Shown here: positions 9,743 through 22,400 of the stretch, one piece after another
Layout: every line of letters begins with the position of its first letter
Numbering within the stretch: position 1 is the first letter of the stretch
IMG/VR virus record: IMGVR_UViG_2565956720_000009
Length of the DNA stretch: 37,373 nt
Strand: one strand, 5' to 3'
DNA from: a virus
Taxonomy: Duplodnaviria; Heunggongvirae; Uroviricota; Caudoviricetes
Notes under the pieces: model-generated
What the model was told of the DNA's origin: nothing
The model's database searches: none
What the model saw: only the letters and a program-made list of their open reading frames with translations
Made by a program: the position numbers and the translations under genes

Positions 9743-9771
9743 TGAATAGATTAATGAATAGATTCATGAAT
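9743..9771 (-). promoter_or_regulatory. direct-repeat array (TGAATAGATT x2 plus partial third copy), candidate operator upstream of the HipA-like gene
   Basis: TGAATAGATT at 9743 and 9755 and TGAAT at 9767 (12-bp phasing), 18-46 bp upstream of the kinase start codon. Confidence 0.3.
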
Positions 9772-9829
9772 GCGTACAATAGCAAGCAAAACGGGAGGTG
9801 TCACTAATTTAGGTAAGTTAAAAAGACTT

Positions 9830-9836
9830 CTTTAAA
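9830..9836. repeat. target-site duplication (left copy) CTTTAAA
   Basis: Identical 7-mer CTTTAAA directly abuts both IS termini (9830-9836 and 11038-11044). Confidence 0.7.
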
Positions 9837-11037
9837 TGTATTAGTCGCGACTTGATCTGACACTGAGCCTTGAAAGGTTGAGAGTTACCGGTTTTGATAT
9901 GGGTGTCTAATCCTTATACAAAACACGAGGTAACTCTCATGCTTCATACTAACAATCCCATCATCAAACACAAAGTCGGTCTGCTCAACCTCGCCGAAGA
10001 ACTCGGTAACGTATCAAAAGCCTGTAAAATCATGGGGGTGTCACGCGACACATTTTACCGCTATCAGGAACTGGCTGAGGAAGGCGGTATTGATGCTTTG
10101 GTTAATCAGAACCGCAGAGTCCCGAACATAAAGAACCGTGTCGATGAAGCGACTGAACGTGCAGTTGTTGAGTACGCAATTGAGTTTCCGGCTCATGGGC
10201 AGCACCGGACCAGTAATGAACTGCGTAAGAAAGGCGTATTTATCTCCGGCAGCGGCGTACGCTCCATCTGGCAACGACACGACCTGGAGAACTTCCGTAA
10301 ACGTCTGAAAGCACTTGAAGAAAAAGTCGCCAGAGAAGGGATCGTACTCACTGACGCTCAAATCGCAGCGCTAGAAAAGAAAGCCCAGGATGATGAGGCC
10401 AACGGTGAAATCGAAACGGCACATCCGGGGTATCTGGGGTCACAGGACACCTTCTACGTGGGCAACCTGAAAGGTGTTGGCCGTATCTATCAGCAGACGT
10501 TCGTGGATACGTACTCGAAAGTGGCACACTGCAAACTATATACGAGTAAAACGCCGATCACCGCAGCTGATTTGCTCAATGATCGTGTACTGCCGTTCTA
10601 CGAGTCTCAGGGGCTGCCGATGCTGAGAATCATGACCGATAGGGGAACAGAGTACTGTGGTAAAGTTGAGCAGCATGATTATCAGTTGTATCTGGCTATC
10701 AACGACATTGACCATACGAAAACGAAGGCGATGTCTCCGCAGACGAACGGCATCTGCGAGCGCTTCCATAAGACCATTTTGCAGGAGTTTTATCAGGTTA
10801 CGTTCCGTAAAAAGCTATATACAAACCTGGAAAGCCTGCAAATGGATCTGGACAAGTGGTTGTGGCATTACAATAATGAGCGAACTCATCAGGGAAAAAT
10901 GTGCTGTGGGCGTACGCCAATGGAAACGTTACTTGATGGAAAACGCATCTGGGCCGAGAAAAATTTAAGCCAGATGTAATCTGACAGATACCTGTATAAA
11001 TAACCGGTAACTGTCAGATCAGGTCTGAGCTAATACA
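9837..11037 (+). mobile_element. intact insertion sequence (about 1.2 kb, single DDE transposase; IS481-family-like)
   Basis: Imperfect 27-bp terminal inverted repeats TGTATTAG...TGATCTGACA at 9837-9863 and 11011-11037 (ends TGT...ACA); single transposase ORF; flanked by 7-bp direct repeat CTTTAAA. Confidence 0.85.
9939..10979 (+). CDS. IS transposase (N-terminal HTH plus rve-type DDE integrase core)
   Basis: 346 aa from the ATG at 9939 (GAGG RBS); N-terminal HTH region (VSKACKIMGVSRDTFYRYQ) followed by an integrase-core-like C-terminal region ending ...YNNERTHQG; family assignment by architecture only. Confidence 0.85.
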   Translation: MLHTNNPIIKHKVGLLNLAEELGNVSKACKIMGVSRDTFYRYQELAEEGGIDALVNQNRRVPNIKNRVDEATERAVVEYAIEFPAHGQHRTSNELRKKGVFISGSGVRSIWQRHDLENFRKRLKALEEKVAREGIVLTDAQIAALEKKAQDDEANGEIETAHPGYLGSQDTFYVGNLKGVGRIYQQTFVDTYSKVAHCKLYTSKTPITAADLLNDRVLPFYESQGLPMLRIMTDRGTEYCGKVEQHDYQLYLAINDIDHTKTKAMSPQTNGICERFHKTILQEFYQVTFRKKLYTNLESLQMDLDKWLWHYNNERTHQGKMCCGRTPMETLLDGKRIWAEKNLSQM

Positions 11038-11044
11038 CTTTAAA
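11038..11044. repeat. target-site duplication (right copy) CTTTAAA
   Basis: See left copy. Confidence 0.7.
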
Positions 11045-11106
11045 AGATGATGACTAGGCGCTTTAACTGCTAGCTGACATAACAATTGGCCATTTGACGT
11101 GGAGTT

Positions 11107-11129
11107 CCCCGCCAACTGACGGGGTTTTT
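11107..11129 (+). terminator. rho-independent terminator (plus strand) just outside the IS right end
   Basis: Stem CCCCG/CGGGG with an 8-nt loop followed by TTTTT; would stop plus-strand read-through leaving the IS. Confidence 0.45.
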
Positions 11130-11130
11130 A

Positions 11131-11925
11131 TTAGTCACTTTCTGTTTCTTCTGGAATGTTTTCTTGCGGTTCTGTTAATGCAGCACGACACAGGTTCCGG
11201 GCATTGGCTATAGCCACACTTTTGACTTCATCCGTCATCGTGCAGGTAATGTACTGATCGAGTTCTTCAGCGCGGATGATGCTTTTGCCAATCAGAAACT
11301 GTATTTGCCAGAGCAGATCAGCATCCATAATCAGAATTTCTGCCGGGCCTTCAGGACCAGCCGGGAAGGAAACATAAGACTGTTTGCCCAGGCCGATAAC
11401 TCGACAACTTGCTTCAAGAATTGCGCGATTGAGGTCTGACTTTGTAACTGAAACAGGTTGATTTTCACCTGCGATTACGCCGTTGACATGGATGTGGAAT
11501 GGCATGTAGCTTGAAATTCGCTCTACTTTCCATACGCCAGCAAGCGATCCTTCATGCAGCACAATGGGGGTAACCGCGAGTTTCATCTCACCATATAACT
11601 GCTGGCAGATAGCTGGATTGCTGAATACATCCAAAGGTTCACACTCAAACAGCGGCGCAATCTGTATGAGGTCCATCATGGTCATACCAGGGGTACGAGC
11701 AGTAATGAATCTGCGCATGCCAGTATCCATTGTGCGCCAGATAGCTACACCATGCTTTTTGCTCACTTCTTCAGTAAAGCCAAGGTGGCACATGATGGTT
11801 TTTTCGATAGCCAGATCAGAGATCGAAACCTTTTCGCCAGGTACACCATCATTATTGATGGTCACTTCGACACTCTGGCCATTACGCAGGCGGTATTGAA
11901 TTGTTTTAGTATTTTGTGCTGTCAT
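11131..11925 (-). CDS. hypothetical protein (conserved phage protein of unknown function)
   Basis: 264 aa from the ATG at 11925 with a strong AGAGGAAAG RBS (the track ORF extends to a GTG at 12093 without an RBS); no recognisable motif; lies between ssb and the IS. Confidence 0.6.
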   Translation of the reverse strand: MTAQNTKTIQYRLRNGQSVEVTINNDGVPGEKVSISDLAIEKTIMCHLGFTEEVSKKHGVAIWRTMDTGMRRFITARTPGMTMMDLIQIAPLFECEPLDVFSNPAICQQLYGEMKLAVTPIVLHEGSLAGVWKVERISSYMPFHIHVNGVIAGENQPVSVTKSDLNRAILEASCRVIGLGKQSYVSFPAGPEGPAEILIMDADLLWQIQFLIGKSIIRAEELDQYITCTMTDEVKSVAIANARNLCRAALTEPQENIPEETESD

Positions 11926-12122
11926 AGTCTTTCCTCTGCTTAAAACCTGATGTATTGCGCCTTCAGGTGGGGCAGGAATGTTTTCCCACCAGCGAACGCA
12001 ATATCTCGGGGTGTTCTTTTCGTGAAAAGCGTGTGCCATTGCCAACTTTGGCGTTTGTTTGCGAGTTCGTGCTTTTGTCGGCGTCTGGACCACCGCTTTT
12101 CTTTCAGTCGTTTTTTACACAT

Positions 12123-12611
12123 TCAAAACGGAATATCGTCGTCAAAGTCCATTGGAGGTTCGTTATTGGCGCTGCTCTGAGGTTTGCCGCCACCGCTGTA
12201 TTGCTGGTGGTTTTGAGGTTGGTTTGACTGCCCCCAGCCATTTGAGGACTGTGAATCGTCGCGGCGAGTGCCGATCATTTGCATGGTGCCGCCCTGGCTG
12301 ACGATAATTTCCGTCGTGTAACGTTCTACACCGGCGTCATCAGTCCACTTACGGGTTTTAAGTTTCCCTTCGATGTAGACCTGAGAACCTTTTCGTAAAT
12401 ACTCACTCGCAATTTCAGCAAGTTTTCCGAACAAAACGACTTTATGCCATTCTGTTTGCTCTTTCTGTTGGCCCGTTTGCTTATCGCGCCATGATTCATT
12501 CGTTGCGATGCTGAGTCTTCCGACTGCGCCGCCATTTGGTATATACCTGATCTCCGGGTCTTGCCCCAGGGTACCAATCAGGATGACTTTGTTTACACCG
12601 CGTTGTGCCAC
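12123..12611 (-). CDS. ssb: single-stranded DNA-binding protein
   Basis: [30 protein letters not shown]...[30 protein letters not shown] is the classic SSB OB-fold; Gly/Gln-rich tail ending in the acidic DFDDDIPF; GTG start with AGGT RBS. Confidence 0.95.
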   Translation of the reverse strand: MAQRGVNKVILIGTLGQDPEIRYIPNGGAVGRLSIATNESWRDKQTGQQKEQTEWHKVVLFGKLAEIASEYLRKGSQVYIEGKLKTRKWTDDAGVERYTTEIIVSQGGTMQMIGTRRDDSQSSNGWGQSNQPQNHQQYSGGGKPQSSANNEPPMDFDDDIPF

Positions 12612-12630
12612 TTTTCTTACCTAATAAAAT

Positions 12631-12647
12631 AAATTAATTAGAGCAAT
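12631..12647 (-). promoter_or_regulatory. C1 repressor operator-like 17-mer upstream of ssb
   Basis: Reverse complement ATTGCTCTAATTAATTT matches the recalled P1 C1 operator consensus ATTGCTCTAATAAATTT at 16/17; about 20 bp upstream of the ssb start. Confidence 0.55.
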
Positions 12648-12780
12648 AATGTATATCTTTGAAACGTGGCTAACAAGTGATTTGCATTATCCTGTGCCTT
12701 CTAAAGGGATCGAGTCAGTCGGTATTGGCTGTGAATGAGTGTTTGTCCTGGAGCGTAAAAAATTCGCTTATGAGGTCTTT

Positions 12781-13338
12781 ATGAAGGGAAAAACAGCCGC
12801 AGGAGGCGGTGCAATTTGCGCTATCGCGGTGATGATTACCATCGTGATGGGTAATGGCAATGTGCGAACCAACCAGGCGGGGCTTGAGCTGATTGGTAAC
12901 GCTGAAGGTTGCCGACGTGATCCATACATGTGCCCGGCGGGGGTATGGACTGACGGGATCGGTAATACACACGGGGTAACGCCGGGTGTGCGAAAAACCG
13001 ACCAGCAAATCGCCGCTGATTGGGAAAAGAATATCCTGATCGCTGAACGCTGTATTAATCAGCACTTCCGGGGCAAAGACATGCCCGATAATGCCTTCAG
13101 TGCAATGACAAGCGCGGCATTCAATATGGGATGCAATAGCTTACGGACCTACTACAGCAAAGCGCGAGGCATGCGAGTAGAAACGTCCATCCACAAGTGG
13201 GCGCAGAAAGGGGAATGGGTGAATATGTGTAACCATCTCCCTGATTTCGTGAACAGTAACGGCGTGCCCCTGCGAGGTTTAAAGATTCGCCGTGAAAAAG
13301 AACGCCAGCTTTGCCTGACGGGGCTTGTCAATGAATAA
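12781..13338 (+). CDS. lyz: SAR endolysin (T4-lysozyme fold with N-terminal signal-arrest-release segment)
   Basis: MKGKTAAGGGAICAIAVMITIVMGNGNVRTNQAGLELIGNAEGC... matches recalled P1 Lyz; Gly/Ala-rich SAR helix then lysozyme domain; ATG at 12781 with GAGG RBS. Confidence 0.93.
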   Translation: MKGKTAAGGGAICAIAVMITIVMGNGNVRTNQAGLELIGNAEGCRRDPYMCPAGVWTDGIGNTHGVTPGVRKTDQQIAADWEKNILIAERCINQHFRGKDMPDNAFSAMTSAAFNMGCNSLRTYYSKARGMRVETSIHKWAQKGEWVNMCNHLPDFVNSNGVPLRGLKIRREKERQLCLTGLVNE

Positions 13339-13585
13339 ACTCCGGCAGCTCCGCCGACTTTCGACAATGAAGTTATCGCTGGCGGCGATAGTTTTTGACT
13401 CGATTTTCATGGCGGTATATGTGCTCAATGAGACGTGGCCACTGGAACCGCTATTGTATGCCGGGCTTCGGCTGTGCCTGACATTTTTGAGCATGGCTGC
13501 GAGATTGATGCAGCAGAAAGAAACCGCTTCAGATTGTCCACGCCGCGCGGTGCGCAAATATATGGCACGAAGGCGAAGGCGATAA
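13331..13585 (+). CDS. small membrane protein with highly basic C-terminus (possible lysis accessory protein)
   Basis: 84-aa ORF whose ATG overlaps the lyz stop (ATGAATAA); two hydrophobic segments and C-terminal RKYMARRRRR; followed by a terminator. Confidence 0.35.
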   Translation: MNKLRQLRRLSTMKLSLAAIVFDSIFMAVYVLNETWPLEPLLYAGLRLCLTFLSMAARLMQQKETASDCPRRAVRKYMARRRRR

Positions 13586-13598
13586 TAGTTAACGAGAA

Positions 13599-13626
13599 CC
13601 CCGGCAGCTGCCGGGGTTATTTTTGG
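13599..13626 (+). terminator. rho-independent terminator downstream of the lyz unit
   Basis: Perfect palindrome CCCCGGCAGCTGCCGGGG followed by TTATTTTT; the convergent pro gene stops 4 nt beyond. Confidence 0.65.
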
Positions 13627-13629
13627 TGG

Positions 13630-16360
<2,731 letters not shown>

Positions 16361-16426
16361 TTAATTAGAATAATTCGCATCGTGTTTGAACGGAATTTAA
16401 CACTAGTCACTTGTTAAGGATTACCA

Positions 16427-19400
16427 ATGAACAAGCTATCTATGGGGGTGTTTCGCTGTTCAAGTGTCAGCGAAATATTGAAATACATTAGGGCAATAAC
16501 ATCTCACCGAGCGCCGATTAGATACGGCGTGGAAAAGGTGGAAGGCAAAAGCTATGACCGACTACGCCGGGAGGCGAATCAGAAGGCGATAGATTTGCTT
16601 AATTCGCTGGTGGACGGCGCGACACTGACAGATGAACAGCGCCAGATCCTGGCTGGGTACACCGGCGAAGGCGGCATTGGCGGGTCCGTCTCCGAATATT
16701 ACACACCAAAGCCGATCGCTGAAGGTGTCTGGGAGATCATGAAGCTCTACGGCGCGGACGTAGGTAACACTCTGGAACCATCGGCGGGAACCGGCGTTTT
16801 TAATGAGACAAAACCGGTTGGTACGGTGATGACCGCGACTGAGATCAGCAGTGTTTCCGGTCGTATAAACCAGCTGTTGCACCCGGAAGACAGCGTACAG
16901 ATTTCTCCGTTCGAACAACTGGCTGTAAGCACGCCTAACGATTCATTCGACCATGTTGTGGGTAACGTTCCGTTCGGTGGTCGTGATAACACACGCAACA
17001 TCGATAAGCCTTACGCAGAAGAAACGGACATGGGTTCTTACTTCATGCTCCGCATGCTGGACAAGATAAAGCCAGGCGGATTCATGTGCGTGATTGTGCC
17101 GCCGTCCATTGTTTCAGGTTCAAACATGAAGCGGTTACGCCTGCGCCTATCACGGAAAGCTGAATTTCTTGGTGCCCACCGCTTGCCTACCGGTACTTTT
17201 GACGCTAACGGGACCAGTACGGTCGTAGATGTGGTGCTGATGCGCAAACATCCGGCAGAGATGGCTGAGAAAATCCCCCTGGTGGATGAAAGCACTCTCG
17301 AATCGGCAAATGTGCTTTGGCCAACGTTTATTTCTGGCAAGTGGTTTGAAAAGGACGGTCGCCGGTTTGTTCATGGCACCCAGGAGAAGGGATTCCAGGG
17401 GCGTATTGAGGTTCGTGCCGACGGGCAGATTGATAACCAGGCTCTTAAAGCGAAGCTGATTCATCGTTTCGAAAGTCGTATCGACTGGTCTTTGCTCAAT
17501 ATGGCTGAACCGTCACCGACCGCAGACGTTGTTGATGAAGGGGAAATGCGCCTGATTAATGGCGTATGGCAAAAATATGCTGGTGGTCGCTGGATTGAAT
17601 CTGATGCAGGGAAGGAGCTGAAGATTGATGTTGCCAGTTATGGCGCGGACAGCTGGGAGGCTCTTCAGCGTAACCTGACTACAACAGAAGGCCGTCTCGG
17701 TATGACATTTACCCAGATGGCAAATGTCCGCGATAAATACACCACATCAATCAGCGACGATATGGTGCAGCTGGTGGACTGGATTAACAGCCAGCCTGAA
17801 AAATACCGTGAACGCTTGTATCGCGGGGCGATGATTGGCCGGATGTTAATTGAATATCAGGACATGAAGGCCGCCGGGCATAGTGCTGAACAAATCGAAC
17901 AGCAGCGCCTTTCTCTGGTATCCCGTTTGCAGGCAGAGATTGACCGTTTTGGTAACCCCGGTCGCGGTCCGATAGCGAAATTATCGGGGAGCGGTGCGCG
18001 CGCCTGGTTTGCTTTCCGTGGTGCAATTAAGCTGGATGGCACTATTTCTGACGAGCTGACAGGAAAACTGGTTACGCATGATTCCAGCGCCAGTTATGAC
18101 TCCACCAGCTATCAGGACACCCTGCGTTATCTCTACAGTGATCTCACTCGCGATCCAATCCAGCTCGATGATTTCCGCCTTGCGTTTACCGGCGAACTGC
18201 CAGCCAGTGATGACGAGTTGCTTAATTTATTGGCCAGCACCCCTGGCATTGCGGTTTCACCGTATGGCGGGATTTTTCCGTTCGCCCGCGCCACCAGCGG
18301 CGACATTAACGAGATAGTGGCACCAAAACAGGAATTCCTTGCCACACTCCCCGACGGTCCAGTAAAGAACAACGTCCTTAATCAGCTGGCAGCTATCGAA
18401 GAGAAGCGCATCAAGACGCCAGCAGAGAATATCCGGTTTAAGCTCAATAGCCGTTGGTTCGACCGTTCCGTCATTCTGGAATTTTTGCAGGAAAACGGCT
18501 ATCCGGATCTGCGCTATGTGCAGTCAGTGCAGCTGGAAGGCGACGAAATGGTTTCTGACACCTATCACGGTGGTGATGGTCTGTTCGTCGGGCACCGATA
18601 CGGTGTCGTCCAGCGCAAGGATAAAGAAACAGGTGAGATTCGCTACGAGTGGGACCGTAAATCAGGTGAAAACGCGACCGGGTTCCCGGCGCAGCTGGAA
18701 AAGTATCTCAATGGTGCGCGTATCGGTGGCAAAGATAGCGCGACGGCGAACGGCTACCGCGAGCAGATGGCACTGCTTGAGGACCAGTTCAATAAGTGGA
18801 TCAAGACGCACGATCGCTACGATGAGCTGGTTGCCAAATACAACGATGTGTTCAATAGCAATATCCCGTATGAACACTCTGGCGATCCGCTTGGGTTGAA
18901 GGGATTAAGCGGTAAGCGCCAGCCATTTGATTACCAGAATAGCGAGGTGCGCCGACTGTCCGAAGATGGGCGCGGCATCCTGGGCTTCGGCACCGGGCTG
19001 GGTAAAACCACGACCGCGCTGGCGCTTGAGGCGTTCAACTATGAGAACGGTCGCTCCACCCGTACTGCGTATGTAGTGCCTAAATCAGTGCTGGAAAACT
19101 GGTATTACGAAGCAAAAGAATTCCTGAGTGAAGAGGCATTCAGTAACTACCTGTTCGTCGGTCTTGATGTGCTGATGGATGGCGATCAGATTCGCCAGGT
19201 GCAGGTGCTCGATGAGAACGGTAAACCTGTTCTTGGTACTGATGGCACTCCAGTTATGCGCGATGCTCTTAAGCTGGCAGATGAAGCCACTATCACGGCG
19301 CGGATGAACGCGATCCCGCACTCAAATTACCGTGCAGTCGTGTTTACCAAAGAACAATACGCCCGCATTCCGCTACGTGATGACACCGTAGATGAGCATG

Positions 19401-22400
19401 CACAGGATATGCTTTATGACTTCGTTGCCGCCGGACGCGTAGCCAGCGCAATGGACTCCGACTCCCACCGCAAAGAGGCCGCGCGTCGCCGGGTATTGTC
19501 GGAGTATTCAGATACCGGCACCGAAAAAGCAGAGAAGTATCCGTACTTTGAGGATATGGGCTTCGATAGTGTGATCGCTGACGAAGGTCACAACTACCGC
19601 AATAGCTATAAAAATGGTCGCGAAGCGTCACAACTGGCCTATCTGCCCACCAGCGCGGTGGCGCAATCGGCGCGAGATATGGCAATTAAAAACGCGTACC
19701 TGATGAAAAAGAATGGTGGGCGCGGGCCGGTTCTCCTGACTGCAACGCCAGTCGTTAACACCCCGATCGATGCATACAACATGCTTTCTCATGTTCTGCC
19801 GAAGGAATACTGGCAGAACATGGGGATCTACGGTCCTGATGACTTCGTTAAATTCTTCGGCAAGACCAGGCTGGAAACGGTACAGAAAATTAGCGGTGAA
19901 GTTGAAGAAAAAATGGCGCTGGTGGGCTTTGAAAACCTTGATGCGCTGCGCGGTATATTCCATCGCTGGGTAACGCTTAAAACGGCGGAAGACGTTAAGG
20001 ATACCGTGGAGATCCCGGAGCTGGACGAACACCAGCAGGATGCACCACTTACTGAAGAACAACTGGCGGCGTATGAAGAATTGCGTCAGCAGGCGGAAGC
20101 GGCGGCCAAAGCCAACAATGGCGTAACGACCTCGGTCAATGAAGACGGCGTGATTGAGCACGAGAAAGCCCGTCCGATCTTCTCAATAATCAGGGATATG
20201 GACCGCGTATGTACTGACATGGACCTGTACTATCGCCGGATCACCTATCGTTTCCTGCCGGAGTACGCCGATGCGGTGCAGCAGCTGGCGGACAGTTTGC
20301 CTAAACAAGCCACCAGCGAAGACGACGACAGTGATGATTCAATCACGCAGCAATCGCAATACTCCCTGATAGATAAGGGCGAGTTTATTCAGTTGCAGGT
20401 TCCGGAAGCGTTCGAGCAGGAAGTGAATAAGCGCCTGGCCAGGTTTGGCATTGACGAACAGACCGTAACTCACCCCGTTACGCCCAAATACGCGAAGCTG
20501 ATTGCCACGCTGAAGGAGTTTTTCCCGGAAGGTAAGCAAATCATCTTCACCGATGAAAAAACGCAGCACCAGAAGCTCAAGCGCATTATCTGCAATGCTC
20601 TTAACCTTGAACCTTCAAAGGTGGGGATACTGAATGCTCAGACGGTTGCCGAGGCAGGTAAAACCGGTAAGAAACTGAAAGCGGTTAAACCGCCGAAAGA
20701 GTTACCGGATGAACCAACAGATGCACAGATAGCGAAATACAACGAGCAAATGGCTCTGTATGACGCCTATATCGCGCAGCAAAATGAAATGTCGTTGGGC
20801 GGTCTGGAAAAGATTGCAGCCGACTTCCAGGAGGGCCGGACTCCGATCATCATCTGCAACAAAAAGGCAGAGGTGGGTATCAACCTGCATCGAGGAACGA
20901 CTGACATCCATCATCTGACGTTGCCATGGACTCCAGCCAGTATTGCGCAACGAAACGGTCGCGGTGCCCGAGTTGGCTCCAACCGTGCAAGCGTTCGCGT
21001 TCACTACTACTGCGGCAAGGGGTCTTTCGATGAATACCGACTGAAGACGCTGAAGCGTAAAGCAGGCTGGATCTCCGATATCCTCCGTTCAGATAAGTCA
21101 GAAATGGAGAACGCCGACGCCAACGATATGATCGAAATGCAGATGTATACCGCGAAGGATGACGGCGAACGTCTGGCAATGATGCAGGTTCAAATGGATA
21201 AGGCGAAAGCTGCGAAACGCGCTCGCCAGAAAGAACAGGCTACTATCGACCTTCAGAACTACATCAAGGCGCAGCACGCAGCTGGTGAGGATGTGGAGGT
21301 ACTTACCGCTGAATTGGAGCGAAGCAAAGCGGAACTTGAAAAGACCACCGCCGACGTCGCCAAATTCAAACAGGCGGTAATGGCCAAAGCAGCTGATAAC
21401 GCAGACTGGAAAGCCCGCTGGGGTAGCGTCCATCACACAGACCGTATGTTGTTAGCACAGTATCGCGCGTCGTTGAAAAGCGCCATTCAGCGCAAGGCTA
21501 ATATCTCTCAGGCCATCTCCCGCTATGAGAAATTATTGAACCGTACTCAGAAGGCCGCGACGGATATCAAACGCCTGCGCCCGCTGGTGGAGGATGCAAT
21601 AAATAAAGGCATTCTGGATGTTGATCCTGATCTGGTTAACCATGCGAATGAGTTCCTTGTTATCGGCGATCGCTCATGGCGTGTAGGCCAATACTATGAT
21701 TGTGCCGGTGATATCGTTCGCATTAAGTCGCTGGACTTCGACAGCCAGCGCGCAGACGTGGAGATCATCTTTACCTTCAAAGGCACCAAATCGGGTAACT
21801 GGGATGTGAAGACGCTGGATAAACAGGTTGATGTAACTCCCGATGAAGATGCTGTTATGCAGAAAATCAGTGGTGGCGTCTCCATCGCCGGGATTAACGA
21901 CATCGTTTCCTGTGACGATTTCTACCGTTTCCAGCAGCGCGGCATGATCAAAATCACTGACTCATACGGCGTTCAGACTACAGAGTCAGGCTATAGCATT
22001 GATTTTGTTGGTACCTATACGGACCCACTGAAGCATGCGGTTTACCCGGATCGCCGTGACGGCGCGCTGAAGTCGTCAATTGCAAAATGGGTGCTTGGTA
22101 TGATGTCGGAAGGGAATAACCGCCAGATCCGTTCGGCAGAAGCATTCCTGGTTGAACTGTTTGGCTCCAATTATGGCGATGTAATCGCGTCATACGGAGA
22201 TACGCTATCCCCTGAAGCAATTCAGGAGAAAATAGCGGATGCGATCGCCAGAATGCCGGAGAAAACAAGCCAGGGGGCTACTCGTAACGGGGATTCTGAA
22301 CTTGAAGTCACCAATGCCATTTTCGGTACCAATGAGTTCCGGGCGTCAGATTATGAGATCACCACAGCACAGTTTGGCACCATTGGCATTTACAGCAATA

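Noticed and set aside
9837-11037. Possibility that the insertion sequence is IS1
   Set aside because: The element is 1.2 kb with a single 346-aa HTH+rve transposase and TGT...ACA ends, not the 768-bp IS1 with insA/insB.
11926-12093. Longer 320-aa form of the 264-aa gene starting at a GTG at 12093
   Set aside because: No RBS at the GTG or at the intermediate ATG at 12039, whereas the ATG at 11925 has a strong AGAGGAAAG Shine-Dalgarno.
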